Shown here: positions 1 to 11,581 of the stretch, piece after piece
How positions within the stretch are numbered: the stretch's first letter is position 1
Layout of the letters: each line of letters starts with the position of its first letter
Source: an uncultured Nitrososphaerales archaeon
Lineage (GTDB): Archaea; Thermoproteota; Nitrososphaeria; Nitrososphaerales; Nitrososphaeraceae
Direction: 5' to 3'
DNA: 64,000 nt
Assembly: GCA_963713605.1 (NCBI GenBank)
Contig: CAVQMO010000012.1
Span: 32,001 to 96,000 of the forward strand
Program-made: the position numbers and the translations under genes
Notes under the pieces: model-generated
What the model saw: the letters and a program-made list of their open reading frames with translations, nothing else
Told to the model about the DNA's origin: nothing
The model's database searches: none

Positions 1-256
1 TCTGCCCAGGATAATCGTTGAATATTTAAGCTTAGGATAATAATCATACACTCAGACTAGAAATCAGATTTATCTTCATATTACGAATGCACTAAGAAGG
101 GGCGTCAGTGTGTAAAGTTATTCGCTAAATGAAAGCCTTTGGTAGACGTTGAAAGTATTACAAACAGGATAACATGATTACAAATGGAATTATCAACTAC
201 ATAGCCTAGAGTTAACTAGAACATGTCCGTTCTCGAATGTTGCAAGCAATTTCGAA

Positions 257-454
257 TCACTCTTTTAGCTTCAAAAGTCTTACATACTCTCTTAATGCAC
301 TAGCTTCCTCTCTATATGCCCTAATAGTATTGGTTTCCCCCTGTGGACAAATAACGGTGACAGTTACCATGTTCACCTCTGCATCAGAAGCAAGGACCGT
401 GGGATGAAGGCTTTTTATTTTGCAATTCATCGAAAGCAATTTTTGAAGTTCCAT
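257..454 (-). CDS. small hypothetical protein (~65 aa)
   Basis: ORF 257..511; ATG at 454 (MELQKLL...) is the more plausible start; globular-looking sequence, no recognised family. Confidence 0.5.
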   Translation of the reverse strand: MELQKLLSMNCKIKSLHPTVLASDAEVNMVTVTVICPQGETNTIRAYREEASALREYVRLLKLKE

Positions 455-701
455 GATAGGTTGAATAGTGCTATTCAAGACTAGAATTACTACAATATGT
501 GATAACCACATATAAAAATGTCACAATACTCGAATATTGATGCTTTCCTTACTAAACCAAACTGCTATTGGAATGCTAGCCCAATAATTTCTTGCAACAT
601 GAGTGTGTCTTGTCTTTCCAAAGGCATTTTCTAGTAGTTGAATAATTTCTCCGATTTTTATTGTATGATAATTATTATATCCTAGTTCTTACATTTACTA
701 G

Positions 702-1250
702 ATGTTGGCGCAGAGGCTACAGACACTTGAAGTAGGAAACCATGTAATTGCAGTATACTCCACTAAAGAAGAAAAATATAATGAAGCCTTTGCCTTTCTG
801 AAAGAGGGTCTGAAACGAAATGAAGTGATTGTTTTCACGACTACCGATCTAACAAAAGATGAAATTCGGGCCAGGATGAGAAATGAATGGAAAGTCGAAG
901 TTTCAGAACTTGAATCAAATGGTGAAATCATCATAAGAACCACTGAAGAACTATACTTTCCCGATGGTGTACCAAATATTCCACGAACAATCGCATTATG
1001 GTCTACTTTAGTAGAAAACTCACTTCACAAAGGCAAAAGGGGCTTACGAGTAGTTGGGGATATGGCCGCATTTTTTAGGAATGGATTTACCAAAGAATTG
1101 CTCGAATATGAAACATGCTTGGAACAAAAATTTGACTTTCCTGTTATTGGTATATGCGCGTACGATTCTATAGATATCGAGAATATGACGACAGGGCAAT
1201 TAAAGCAGCTTCGGGAGCGTCATAACCCAGTTTGGATGGACGACCAATAG
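702..1250 (+). CDS. MEDS (DcmR-like sensory) domain protein
   Basis: H-x-x-x-x-Y near the N-terminus, 'FLKEGLKRNE', 'GLRVVGDM', 'LLEYE', 'ICAYD' and a C-terminal His match the MEDS pattern. Confidence 0.85.
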   Translation: MLAQRLQTLEVGNHVIAVYSTKEEKYNEAFAFLKEGLKRNEVIVFTTTDLTKDEIRARMRNEWKVEVSELESNGEIIIRTTEELYFPDGVPNIPRTIALWSTLVENSLHKGKRGLRVVGDMAAFFRNGFTKELLEYETCLEQKFDFPVIGICAYDSIDIENMTTGQLKQLRERHNPVWMDDQ

Positions 1251-1316
1251 CATCAATAATATAGTTACTATCCCTGAAAGAAAAAGCCCCGTTTATTATA
1301 ACCCTTGATTTTATTA

Positions 1317-2573
1317 TCAAGCTGCTGGAAAAATCATTCCAAATGTAGTTCCCTTCGTATGGTCTTTGTATACTTTATCTCCAACCCAAATTTTCCCATT
1401 GTATCTTTCAACTAATGCTCTTACTATAGATAGACCTAATCCTCCACCTTTTGCTTTAGAATAAAAACGTTCGAACAGCTCTTTTTTAATTGAATCTGGT
1501 ATACCCCTACCATAATCAGATGCAGCTATCATCCAATACTTTGTTTCACCAATAAAATAATCCTTTATAGTCACATCAATCTTTACCTCTGATAAATCAG
1601 TATATTTTACTATATTAGAAAACAAGTTTATAAAAATTTCATCAAGCAAGTCTTCAGCCATTATATTTATATCTGGAGGATATCCATCATGCATCAAATT
1701 TAACGAAATTATTTTGCCGTGAGGATTATTATCATATAGAGTCCGTTCTATAGTGGAATACGCATTGTTAATTGCATCTGGAATGTTTCTTAATACTAAT
1801 TTTAAATCCTTTTGTCTATATAGCCGTTCTAGTCTTCGAATGTTGTCGACAAATGATTGACTCCTAGCAAGTGAAACTTTTGCAGTATTAAGAAGAGAAG
1901 AAATTTTTTCATTGTCTTGTGGCGATACATTTGTCTTATTTTTCTTAAGAAGAGAAATCACAAGTCCTAAACTACTTTGTACTATTTGATGATAATTTCC
2001 TATATCATGTGTAATTAAATCAACTAGAAGCTCAGAGTGCCTTTTCTCTTTAATAATTTTATCATAATTATCTTTTTCTTCCCATATGACTTCGAAACTA
2101 GAAACGGCGTTTTTGACTAAAGAGATGTTCTTTGAATACCTCCAATCAACAATAGAAAAAATATTATTATCGTTTTTTTCATTTTCAATATCATCTTTAT
2201 TCATTTTATCATATTGCCGCATAACGATTGATATAGAAAAAATATCTTGCTTATCTCTTATAAAGACCAATGACACATCTGCTGTTTTAGTAAATACTGG
2301 TTTTATAGATTTATAACCTATAAAAGGAACTATCTTTCTTATTATCTTGGTAGTATTATCATCAAAAGCACATAACGACCTGATGATGATATTTTTCCGA
2401 CGTCTCTGTGTTATCAGATAGTCAATTACTTTATAATACGATAGAAATTGTAAAGATGAGGAATGAGGTAACATTATATCCAGTTCGGATTCAACTGAAT
2501 GTATAAATTCAAGCAATGCATCAAAGAATCCTTTGTCTATTGTCCGTGGGTTATTATTAGGCCCCTTATGCAC
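1317..2573 (-). CDS. sensor histidine kinase (soluble)
   Basis: H-box 'LITHDIGNY', N-box 'EIFINLFSNIVKY', G1 'DYGRGIP', F-box 'LFERF', G2 'GGGLGLSIV'; no transmembrane segment evident. Confidence 0.9.
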   Translation of the reverse strand: MHKGPNNNPRTIDKGFFDALLEFIHSVESELDIMLPHSSSLQFLSYYKVIDYLITQRRRKNIIIRSLCAFDDNTTKIIRKIVPFIGYKSIKPVFTKTADVSLVFIRDKQDIFSISIVMRQYDKMNKDDIENEKNDNNIFSIVDWRYSKNISLVKNAVSSFEVIWEEKDNYDKIIKEKRHSELLVDLITHDIGNYHQIVQSSLGLVISLLKKNKTNVSPQDNEKISSLLNTAKVSLARSQSFVDNIRRLERLYRQKDLKLVLRNIPDAINNAYSTIERTLYDNNPHGKIISLNLMHDGYPPDINIMAEDLLDEIFINLFSNIVKYTDLSEVKIDVTIKDYFIGETKYWMIAASDYGRGIPDSIKKELFERFYSKAKGGGLGLSIVRALVERYNGKIWVGDKVYKDHTKGTTFGMIFPAA

Positions 2574-2997
2574 TTTTCATATCTACGCTCCTAGCCTTCC
2601 CAAATGTTTGTGGTCATGGATGTAGATAACACTATAAATATGTAATCATTCCATCAAACTTTTTTCAAATATCATAGCCAATTAAATGATAATTACCAAA
2701 AAATCAATTCAATGAGTATTCATATCGATGTATGAAATACTCAATATTAGAACAAATCTTCACCACCCCATATGGGGAAGAAATTTTTTCTTGTAAAGGC
2801 TTATTTTTCAAATCAAAGGATTAGGAAGAGTTACCGACGAACAGATTTCCATCTAAGTGTTATTATTGTAATAAACTTGTACTTTGTTATCTAGGTCCAA
2901 TGGATATCAGTATTATCGGATAGAACACTGGGAACGTGAAGTAAATACCGAAATTGAATGGAAATAAAATAAAAAAAAGAAGAAGTTTGTCTAATTG

Positions 2998-3141
2998 CTA
3001 GACTTCATCCACACTTACGAAGTAACCACTTGATGTACTATGGGTTAATACTCTCTCATGGTTGTATGCATGCATGATTGCATCATCTTCTTCGAAAAAT
3101 TGCTCTCGTATCCCACAAGGGAGACAAGTTACCTCATACAT
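2998..3141 (-). CDS. small zinc-finger-like protein (CxxC...HxxxH)
   Basis: MYEVTCLPCG...AIMHAYNH...; TATA-like TATATAA about 30 nt upstream of ATG 3141. Confidence 0.5.
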   Translation of the reverse strand: MYEVTCLPCGIREQFFEEDDAIMHAYNHERVLTHSTSSGYFVSVDEV

Positions 3142-3571
3142 ATGTGCTCTTAAAATACACCTTTTCAATATTATATACAAACTCCATGTATTTAAGTTCT
3201 ATGGCCAGCCAAGAATTGGCTATTTATTAGAAAAAGAAATTTATGATGCATATAACTAGGTAGCAACCCGATCTAGTAATTGTCACAGACTGAGTCAATG
3301 TCTAACATAAGCCTTTCAACAGAACCTTATGTTTTTGAGGTTTAGACGAAATACAAGACTGTTTTCACGTCGTCCTCTAGTATTCCAAGCCAGCTGCTGT
3401 AAGTGATATTTTATATTTTCAGGATGATAATCTCTGTGGTCCGCCTACTGCTTGTACGACATTCTGCAGGACGTATATCATTTTTGTCACTATTTTCTAC
3501 AATTTTTCTATGCCTATTTTTATGAAATTTTTGATATCATGTGCAATTTATACCCGGTATTTCAATGCAGT

Positions 3572-4462
3572 TCAGAAGATTATGACAATTTGCGTGTCTT
3601 CAAATAATAGGTCGGGAGGATGACCTCTTTCAAAATAGTTTTTGGAAATATTCGGAAGCAATGATAATATCATATTGGAAACTCCGTACGCTAATCCCAG
3701 TGGTGCCACGCCATACAAAGGGCCTTTGGTCAACTTGTACAAGTTTGTTGGCATTCCCTCCTTGTACACGGTAGTCATTGTCGAAATAACCTGTTGCGCC
3801 ATACCTATTACTTCTCCATCGCTCGGATCTATAATAGGAGACCCGCTAGAACCCCCAATAGCAACGATATCTGTTTGAATTCCCCATGGCGAAGAACTCT
3901 CATCATGAGGCATTAACCCAGCAATATGTCCGAATTGAATAATTGGGTTCAAATGCATTCCAACCCCATCTTCATTCCTGTATAGTATCAACGACAATCT
4001 TCCACTAGGATAACCACACATTGCAATGTCGCGATAAAGTTCTAAGCGGCAGGGTTCCTTAATAGACAAGAAACTATCCGATGTACGATCCAGTTTTCCG
4101 AGCCCTATATCTAGATCTATTGAACCATTAAACCCAGCAACTTCCTTGACTGGTGGTAATCTGATCGACTCACTTATGCGATAAGTATCGAGATCTAATT
4201 TTTGTCCTCTTCTGAAAATGCGGAATGCTGAATAGATACCTTCGAAGCTGTTGTTTTTTTCCTTATACAGAGAGTTATAATTTAGGCATTGACTAAAAAC
4301 GTGTGCAGAACTGACAATATACTTACCACCTAGGAAAAAACCTGTGCCAAAGGTGCTTATGACTTCTTTTGTATCCTTGTTGAGGAGACCTATTGCAACT
4401 GTTGAAGCTTTGACTCGATTCAACAAACCAGCTTTGAACATCAGCATAATATTGTTAGACAA
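3572..4462 (-). CDS. trypsin-like (S1) serine protease
   Basis: 'GTGFF', catalytic His in 'SSAHV', Asp in 'LDIGLG', Ser in 'GGSSGSP'. Confidence 0.85.
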   Translation of the reverse strand: MSNNIMLMFKAGLLNRVKASTVAIGLLNKDTKEVISTFGTGFFLGGKYIVSSAHVFSQCLNYNSLYKEKNNSFEGIYSAFRIFRRGQKLDLDTYRISESIRLPPVKEVAGFNGSIDLDIGLGKLDRTSDSFLSIKEPCRLELYRDIAMCGYPSGRLSLILYRNEDGVGMHLNPIIQFGHIAGLMPHDESSSPWGIQTDIVAIGGSSGSPIIDPSDGEVIGMAQQVISTMTTVYKEGMPTNLYKLTKGPLYGVAPLGLAYGVSNMILSLLPNISKNYFERGHPPDLLFEDTQIVIIF

Positions 4463-5377
4463 TTTAATAATCTTATAATCTCGAATGGTTGAAAATTCTT
4501 ATAGCTTAAAGATAGTTTGGCCTCTGGCGAGTATTTTAATGGAGAAAATAAAATTATTATATAATTGAGGGCTTGGAGAAATTACCTGATCACTGTGATA
4601 TAATTGATTGAAGGATACTAGAACGGACATTCCTTTGCTTATTCTAGTTAAAAGCTAGCGAGTATCTTCACGATTGAGATTTTCGTTGCCGTAAGCTGAT
4701 AACGCTATACTCCAGTTTATCTAAAACGGGACTCATGTCCATCATATTTGCACATTTACTTTTGTAAGTTCCTTGAACCATAATAGGTTGCATGGTTAAT
4801 TGCAAACATTGGGGTTGTATTGTAAAGAATTATACATGTACAGGTTGTGGCGCATCTATCTCTAAATTGTGTTTACAAGAGTCGCTAAATTGTAAATGTA
4901 TTAATAAGGACTGTTATTGCAATGACGACGATTCTCTTTAACAATATCTATAACGCTTCAACTCGTATGTTATGTCCTACTATTACGACAAACATTAAAC
5001 CAAATCTTATTCCAATCGAAGTACAGCTTCAGCCTTGTAATATACTCCAACCAATAGCATATAATGATTAGTGCGAGATCCCACTACTCCCGTTATGCTA
5101 GCCAAAATTAGGTTCAAAGGACTGCATATGAATTTAGGTTCGTGAAAGTTTGTGTAGTAGCTCAAGTCATCCATTTTAATTCCTGCATGCGACAATTTGA
5201 ATGACATTAAGTAAACTCATTCATTCCCTTTTTCATATCCAAGCTTGATAGTAACAAAAACATCAATCTATAATTTTACAAATATTTGTAATTTCACAAG
5301 AAGAGAACTTACTTTACTAGCTCTTTATAAGTCTCCAAAGTTATAACATCAACGATTTATACAGTGGATTTTCAGAG

Positions 5378-5608
5378 TTGACGTCAAAAGTATTGACTAC
5401 ATACAAAAAATGCTTAAAAAACCTAGAAGAATCTGAAGATCATTTCACAATCAACGAATGGGCTAATCGTATTGCAGACACAGCAAAACAAATTTGTAAT
5501 GATCCTGATTGTAAACGTATAAAGATTATCGAGACAGATCAAGGTAGAAGTAATATCGAATTTGTAGATAAAGAAGCAATCAACTGTGTTATTCAATCAA
5601 TACAATAA
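5378..5608 (+). CDS. hypothetical protein, possibly truncated by a premature TAA
   Basis: 76-aa ORF; the frame continues past the TAA as HLTAMPGTQQEIFKSLIENLK... Confidence 0.4.
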   Translation: MTSKVLTTYKKCLKNLEESEDHFTINEWANRIADTAKQICNDPDCKRIKIIETDQGRSNIEFVDKEAINCVIQSIQ

Positions 5609-6083
5609 CATTTAACAGCAATGCCTGGCACCCAACAAGAGATCTTTAAAAGCCTGATAGAGAATTTGAAACCAAAAAGATGCACTATTAAATGTCAATC
5701 AGTTTGGTTCCTGCAACCCATGAGATAATTCATATTTCTTTTCTTGCGATCTAATTAAGTACAAGGAACTAATGGCTGCCGATCGCCAGAGCCGCGTTGG
5801 CGGAGTTCATAGCTATAATGTGTTTCAATCTACCGCAGTACCCAGTTACATTGCCTCGTCATATAATTACTAGACTCAGTAACATTTACTATAAAATCCT
5901 CTATCAATAATCTCTTGTGGGTGTATTAGGAAGGCGTTCTCGTGGAGCAGGGAAGCTATTTCTCTTGAACAATTTCAAGAATGGTCTTACAATTCTCATT
6001 GCAATTCACGATCCGATTAATACATGCTTCTAATTTAATTGCGAACATTAACTTGAACTTGAACTTTAGCCCTTGTTACGCTG

Positions 6084-6422
6084 CTATCCAAGATTTTCAA
6101 GACATTGGAGAAGCAGATCCTTCCGATCTTTTTTTAGAATCGATTTTGTAAACTTATCTATTGTGTGGATACGTACACGTTGAAATTCAGAGGGAATAAA
6201 CCCCCCGTAGGCATAAAGTAAAATAATAACATAGTTTTCAGCTAATAAACAGACTTCTTCTTCTGCTGCACAATTACTTTCTTCAATGGTATCCCTATAC
6301 AGTAGGAGAGGTTTACGAGAATGCTGAAAAATCATGTTCGCTTTTTTTAGTTTAGATCTGAACTTATGAATCAGCCATTCTTCAAAAGGCTGTGCTTTAC
6401 CGCTATCACAGAGTACGTGCAA
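6084..6422 (-). CDS. hypothetical protein
   Basis: 112-aa ORF with TATA-like TTTATATA about 25 nt upstream. Confidence 0.55.
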   Translation of the reverse strand: MHVLCDSGKAQPFEEWLIHKFRSKLKKANMIFQHSRKPLLLYRDTIEESNCAAEEEVCLLAENYVIILLYAYGGFIPSEFQRVRIHTIDKFTKSILKKDRKDLLLQCLENLG

Positions 6423-7454
6423 TCACTATTATGGTATTATGAGTATATAAATGAGTGTATCAATAATCAAATACATACTAGGTTCCAATTATACAGTAAA
6501 ATAATCTATTTAAGGCTGTTAACAGCTTCTTCTTTTTCCTAACAGATTACTTATTCTATTTATATATATAGCTTAATTAAAGTAATTAATATGGTCAATT
6601 ACATCCGATGGGTATGTCTGATCGAAATGTAGTTCATTATTCAAGCCTACTTTGAATTATAAGGAGAATCTCACCGAAAAAATGATGCTGTAATTAGAAA
6701 CCTAAAGACAGAACGTAGGAAATGGGATCGGCCTATCCTTCTTTAGGACAAGTTTCTTGATCTTTCAAGATTTTTCAGAGATTTGTTGTTAGATATCTTG
6801 GGAATCGAAATATTAGCTTTCCATTATTTATTATCATATGACATCTACTATGAATAATATCTTCAAATAGGCTATTCGGAGCTATGGTTGCGCGTCTGAT
6901 ACGGATAATAATAATAGCTTGACACCGGATTGGGTTTTTCTTCTTTCCTTTTGAATCTGAAAAGACTACGTATTTGCATCTTCATACATATACTAGCGCT
7001 TCAATGACATATACGTTTGTTGGTAAGTAGTTGTTACTCTACACAGACTACGATTATGATGGTAGGTAGCGTAATAACAGATCCTCCTACAATCAGCAAT
7101 TTTCCTTATTTTCTTACCTTTATCGCTCAATTTTCATCCTCCATTGAAGCCTAAAAGCCTGTTGCAGTGTATGAACATAACCGCTCATAAATGAATCAAT
7201 TGGCTGAGTGTGAAACAAAATATGCTGTTTGAAGGAAAGACCAAGGTCATCGATCAATGCGTCTTGAAAATCAGTTTTGGAGTGATTTGATGGGGGCTGA
7301 TGATTTTTATTACTTTTTCCTCAATCATCAAATATAAGCATGATATTGATTACTTTGATGTTTAGATTCAGTAAACATAAACTTATTTATGAATAAATTA
7401 CAATTCTAGCGGCGTTTTAAAGCCTTTAATGGAGGGTAGGTGTATATATATGTT

Positions 7455-8372
7455 ATGTTAGCAAGCAAATTAGTATGTAGAACGTGTAGTCGACCTTCCG
7501 ATGTAATCACAGACGCAGAGTCTGGCGAAATAATCTGTACCAATTGCGGCATGGTTAATTCTAATGACAAGGCATTTCAAATGAATACTGCGGAGTGGCG
7601 TGCTTTTGATCATAAACAAATGAGAGATAGAAGTAGAGTAGGAATGCCTATGACACTAACACGTCATGATAAAGGTCTTTCCACAGTAATTGGTAGACCA
7701 AATAAAGATGCTAGTGGAAAAGAGCTTGACGATTCAATGCGATCTATGATGCAAAGATTAAGGACTTGGGATCATAGAATTCAAGTAAGTTCACCAACAG
7801 ACAGGAATCTTGCAAGGGCATTTCAGAGACTTGAAATGTTAAGAGGAAAGTTGGGACTACCGGATAATGTAATAGAAAAGGCAGCTTATGTCTATAGAAA
7901 GGTACAGCAACTAGGAATGGTTAAAGGAAGAACAATCGCAGCTACATTATCTGCGTCTATTTATGTTGCCTCTAGAGAGGCTGGCGTTCCTAGAACATTA
8001 GCAGAGATAGCATCTCTTAGTAATATATCATACAAGGAACTCTCCAGGGTGTATAGATTGATAGTCTTAAACCTAGATTTGAAGGTTCCAATGGTAGATC
8101 CAGTAAAGTGTATTGCAAAGATTGCAAATAAAATAGAGGTAAGCGAGAAAACAAAAAGACACGCTATAAGCTATATGCACAATGTAATAGCAACAGGGAT
8201 AGCAGCAGGAAAAGATCCCATGGGAATAGCAGGAGCCGTTCTTTACTTGTCGTGCTTACAAAGCAATGAGCATAGAACTCAGTTAGATGTTGCGGCTGCC
8301 TCTGGAGTAACAGAAGTAACTCTAAGAAATAGATGTAAAGAACTCAATACAAAGCTACCTCAGCTTAATTAG
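7455..8372 (+). CDS. tfb: transcription initiation factor IIB (TFB paralogue)
   Basis: Zn ribbon CRTC...GEIICTNCG, 'EWRAF', 'HDKGLST', two cyclin repeats, 'GKDPMGIAGAVLY', 'GVTEVTLRNR'. Confidence 0.96.
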   Translation: MLASKLVCRTCSRPSDVITDAESGEIICTNCGMVNSNDKAFQMNTAEWRAFDHKQMRDRSRVGMPMTLTRHDKGLSTVIGRPNKDASGKELDDSMRSMMQRLRTWDHRIQVSSPTDRNLARAFQRLEMLRGKLGLPDNVIEKAAYVYRKVQQLGMVKGRTIAATLSASIYVASREAGVPRTLAEIASLSNISYKELSRVYRLIVLNLDLKVPMVDPVKCIAKIANKIEVSEKTKRHAISYMHNVIATGIAAGKDPMGIAGAVLYLSCLQSNEHRTQLDVAAASGVTEVTLRNRCKELNTKLPQLN

Positions 8373-8589
8373 AACAAATAAAGGTAGAATCCATCTTATA
8401 GGTGGGCGGCAAAAGCACTTAACTACGGGTAGTATGAGACTAGAAAATAGATGGATATCATAATTCTAATTGCATTGAGCAAGCAAGTAATACACTCCTC
8501 ATTGACTCTCTGCAGACAATGAATCAATTAAGCAAACTTTTTCTAACATAGAATCATCACAGTAGAACTAAAATAGCCAGGGATCAGGT

Positions 8590-8997
8590 TTAAACTTTAA
8601 TCTTAATCAAGTCCCCATCTACTTTGGTCTCATAAGTCTGTTGATCATAGGTCTTAATATGAGACATAAGTTGTCCAGCATATTCCATAAATTTCTGCCA
8701 TTTTTGTGGTAGTGGTTCCATTTCTTGAGAAGGGGTTAGATTAGGTTCCCTTACTTTTCTACCAGTAGTAACGTCGAAGCTTGCTCCATGAAATGGACAT
8801 GTCACGATTCGCTCATTGGAGATATTACCCATCGAAAGCAGAGCACTCATATGTCCACATCTATCATCGATTGCATAGAATTTGCCTCCTATATTAGAGA
8901 TTACAATTTCCTTTCCCTTTACTTCCACATGCTTCATCTTGCCCTGAGGTATCTCGTCAATACTTCCAACAACAATCATGTCATTACTATCTGACAT
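8590..8997 (-). CDS. Rieske [2Fe-2S] ferredoxin
   Basis: C-x-H ('RCGHM') and C-x-x-H ('TCPFHG') ligand motifs, 'FDVTTG'. Confidence 0.92.
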   Translation of the reverse strand: MSDSNDMIVVGSIDEIPQGKMKHVEVKGKEIVISNIGGKFYAIDDRCGHMSALLSMGNISNERIVTCPFHGASFDVTTGRKVREPNLTPSQEMEPLPQKWQKFMEYAGQLMSHIKTYDQQTYETKVDGDLIKIKV

Positions 8998-9018
8998 ACT
9001 AAGGGAGGTATGAAGCCA

Positions 9019-9028
9019 TTTATATAAA
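9019..9028 (-). promoter_or_regulatory. archaeal TATA box of the Rieske gene (probably leaderless mRNA)
   Basis: TTTATATAAA about 22 nt upstream of ATG 8997. Confidence 0.6.
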
Positions 9029-9143
9029 GTTGCCCACCGTTAGAGTGTATGATCTAAACAACAAGAGTGTGCCATCTAATATAGTATTTAAATTTGAGCT
9101 CAGATAGACCCTCTAGGTTACACTGCCTCGAACATTCCAGAAT

Positions 9144-9392
9144 CTAATACCTTTTATGCTGACCTTTACTTAATAGCCAATTGTCTGCCGCTACACCAAG
9201 GCACACTCCTCCAATTACCCAGACAGGCACACTTACCATTATAACTAAAGACAACAGACTTTGTTCTCCGAATCCTAAACCAGGCGGGCTCCCATGTACA
9301 ACAAATGCTAAAACAAAAAAAATACCTCCACTTACTACAAGTTTAACCCCAATACTAACTTGCTTTTTAATCGCATAACTCTCAAAAGTCAT
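9144..9392 (-). CDS. small two-TM membrane protein
   Basis: 82 aa with two hydrophobic helices. Confidence 0.55.
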   Translation of the reverse strand: MTFESYAIKKQVSIGVKLVVSGGIFFVLAFVVHGSPPGLGFGEQSLLSLVIMVSVPVWVIGGVCLGVAADNWLLSKGQHKRY

Positions 9393-9902
9393 TTCTTACC
9401 TTCTCCTAACTAGAAACAGTTCAAATGTTAAGCCTAGACTCGTTGTAACTACAGTATGTCCGTCGAATACCTAATGCTTAACCTTTTCATGATTACTTTT
9501 AACCTTGACTCTATCTACACACATTAATCTCGCTTTCATAGCGTTTAATATAGAGCGTCTTTTTATATTAAGCTTCTAATGGTTATGCCTCGTCGGTTAC
9601 AATATCACGAATTTAATTGAAGAAGAATAGTCCCAATTACCTATTTAGAAATAATACACAACAACATGGCATGTCAGGTAAGATAAACTAGACCGGCAGG
9701 TAGGCGGCCTAAAAACTCTAATATTTCTACCATCATACCTTTTTTGTTACTGATCCAGATCCAAGCATAACAAAGTTTAAGTGTAAAAGTGAATAGGTAT
9801 CGCTGCTAATGTTAGCAATAAATTAGCTAAACCCCATAATTCCATTGTGATATTACAATACCAAATTAGGTTAGCAGTCAATATATTTTGATAGCGACGT
9901 TA

Positions 9903-10427
9903 CTATTGCGGATTTTGAATTGCTTTAAACGCTTCTATTTCATATTTTAGTGAGTCAGTTAAAAGATCAGTTGATGTTTCATTTAACACAGTATTCCCTG
10001 TCTTGATAAAGTCGCCGAACTGTTTATAACTGTCTTGTTCTGATTCCAAGCTTTTTATATATAGTGAAACACCATTTTTGAATTTTTCTGGTATTTGAAG
10101 ATTATTAGTTTCATCAATCAGATTATTTATTTGTGCTATAGTGTCGTTTGTTATCATCATAATCGTGGTATTGCTGTATTGATTATTTTCCCATTTTCCA
10201 ATTTCTTGCTGATATGAATTAGTCAAGGCGCCAGACTTATTTGTCAATTCTATAAAGTTGCTTAGAAATTCCTCATCAGCGATATCTTCTAATTGAGCAG
10301 TAACGTCTTCGACTTCCGAAAGAATTATGTACAAAAGTGAAATAGTTATGGACACGATCATCGTCCAATTCCTAATTTGATTTTTATAGGAAATACAAGA
10401 CTTAACCTGTGATAAATAATACGTCAT
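9903..10427 (-). CDS. secreted or membrane-anchored helical protein
   Basis: N-terminal hydrophobic segment followed by an acidic helical domain with N-x-S/T sequons. Confidence 0.7.
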   Translation of the reverse strand: MTYYLSQVKSCISYKNQIRNWTMIVSITISLLYIILSEVEDVTAQLEDIADEEFLSNFIELTNKSGALTNSYQQEIGKWENNQYSNTTIMMITNDTIAQINNLIDETNNLQIPEKFKNGVSLYIKSLESEQDSYKQFGDFIKTGNTVLNETSTDLLTDSLKYEIEAFKAIQNPQ

Positions 10428-10773
10428 TGTTGTGACAAAAATTAATAATGATTCTGTAGTTAAATTTGTTGTACCTGAGTGTGGTCTTGAAGAAGATGGA
10501 GATCCACAAGTTTCCTAAGTGATCGCTTTGCGGAACTCACTAATATTAGCGCAACAATATCTCTTTCTAGGGAAATTTAGAAATGACTCCTGAACCTCAG
10601 GTTGTGATTGGGTGGTTCATATCTATATAAGGAAGAATTATTTTTTGCAATATTTATACTAACGCACTGTGATTTATAAAATATTGCATGACGAAATGCG
10701 CTTGTTCAAGCCCTTTATTTTGTAATTCATTATCCTCTTAACTGCCTAAAATTACCCCGAATAAAGATATATC

Positions 10774-10781
10774 TTATATAA
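10774..10781 (+). promoter_or_regulatory. archaeal TATA box
   Basis: TTATATAA about 26 nt upstream of ATG 10808. Confidence 0.55.
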
Positions 10782-10807
10782 ATGTTAAAGCATTAATAAT
10801 ATCAGAA

Positions 10808-11349
10808 ATGACTTATCCTAAGGGCACAACAAGACCAAGTAATGTATCTGGCACTAGTGACACGACTAGCTCTACAGAATTGGCTGAATCGGCACCAGAA
10901 GCAGAGGTAGCAGAAGTAGCAGAAGTAGCAGAAGCTGAAACAACGACGACAACTACAACGTCAACCGTGGATCCAAATGTTCAACAAAAAATAGATTCAA
11001 TAAAGAATGTCGCAAGTACAATAAGGGATATATCGGCAAGTATTAGGGATACTGTGCGAGCTCTACGAGAAAGCGGAGCGATTGATGAGTTGATTGCAGC
11101 GGTCCATGAAGCGACTATTACAATGAGAGATACCACAATAGAGATAAGTAAAATATCTAGGGATCTCAAGGAAAGGGGAATGATCAAGGATACTGCGAAG
11201 ACATTAGACGAAACCGTTGCAGACAGCAAATGAAGGCAGCAGAATCATTCAAACAAACGGTGGAAGATATGAAGGAAGCGGCTCCTCAGACGGCTGAAGT
11301 AATAAAGAAAGCTAGAGAGCGTGTAAAAACTAAAAAAGACAATAGATAA
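10808..11349 (+). CDS. helical coiled-coil protein with low-complexity N-terminus (frameshifted near 11225)
   Basis: ORF 10808..11233 continues in another frame (...ESFKQTVEDMKEAAPQTAEVIKKARERVKTKKDNR*, TAA at 11347-11349); AEV and poly-T repeats. Confidence 0.65.
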
Positions 11350-11581
11350 AATTTGCTAAGCTAGATTTGACAATAGCTAAATTCTAGCGAAGAATTTTTT
11401 TTATTGATCTTTACGACTAATGTGTTTCACTCTGTGGAGTGCATTTATAGTGCACTTCATAAAGGTGTAAGTTTCTCTCCTATTCGAACAGGGTGATTTA
11501 TCTTGAGCTCTCGTATTCGTGTTCACTTCCCCGTATCATAAGATTTTTTACCTTAATTCCCATGTAGTCTTATTAGTAGAC

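Noticed and set aside
8388..8440. IS200/IS605-like right-end hairpin after tfb
   Set aside because: Only a vague resemblance, with no tnpA/tnpB remnant.
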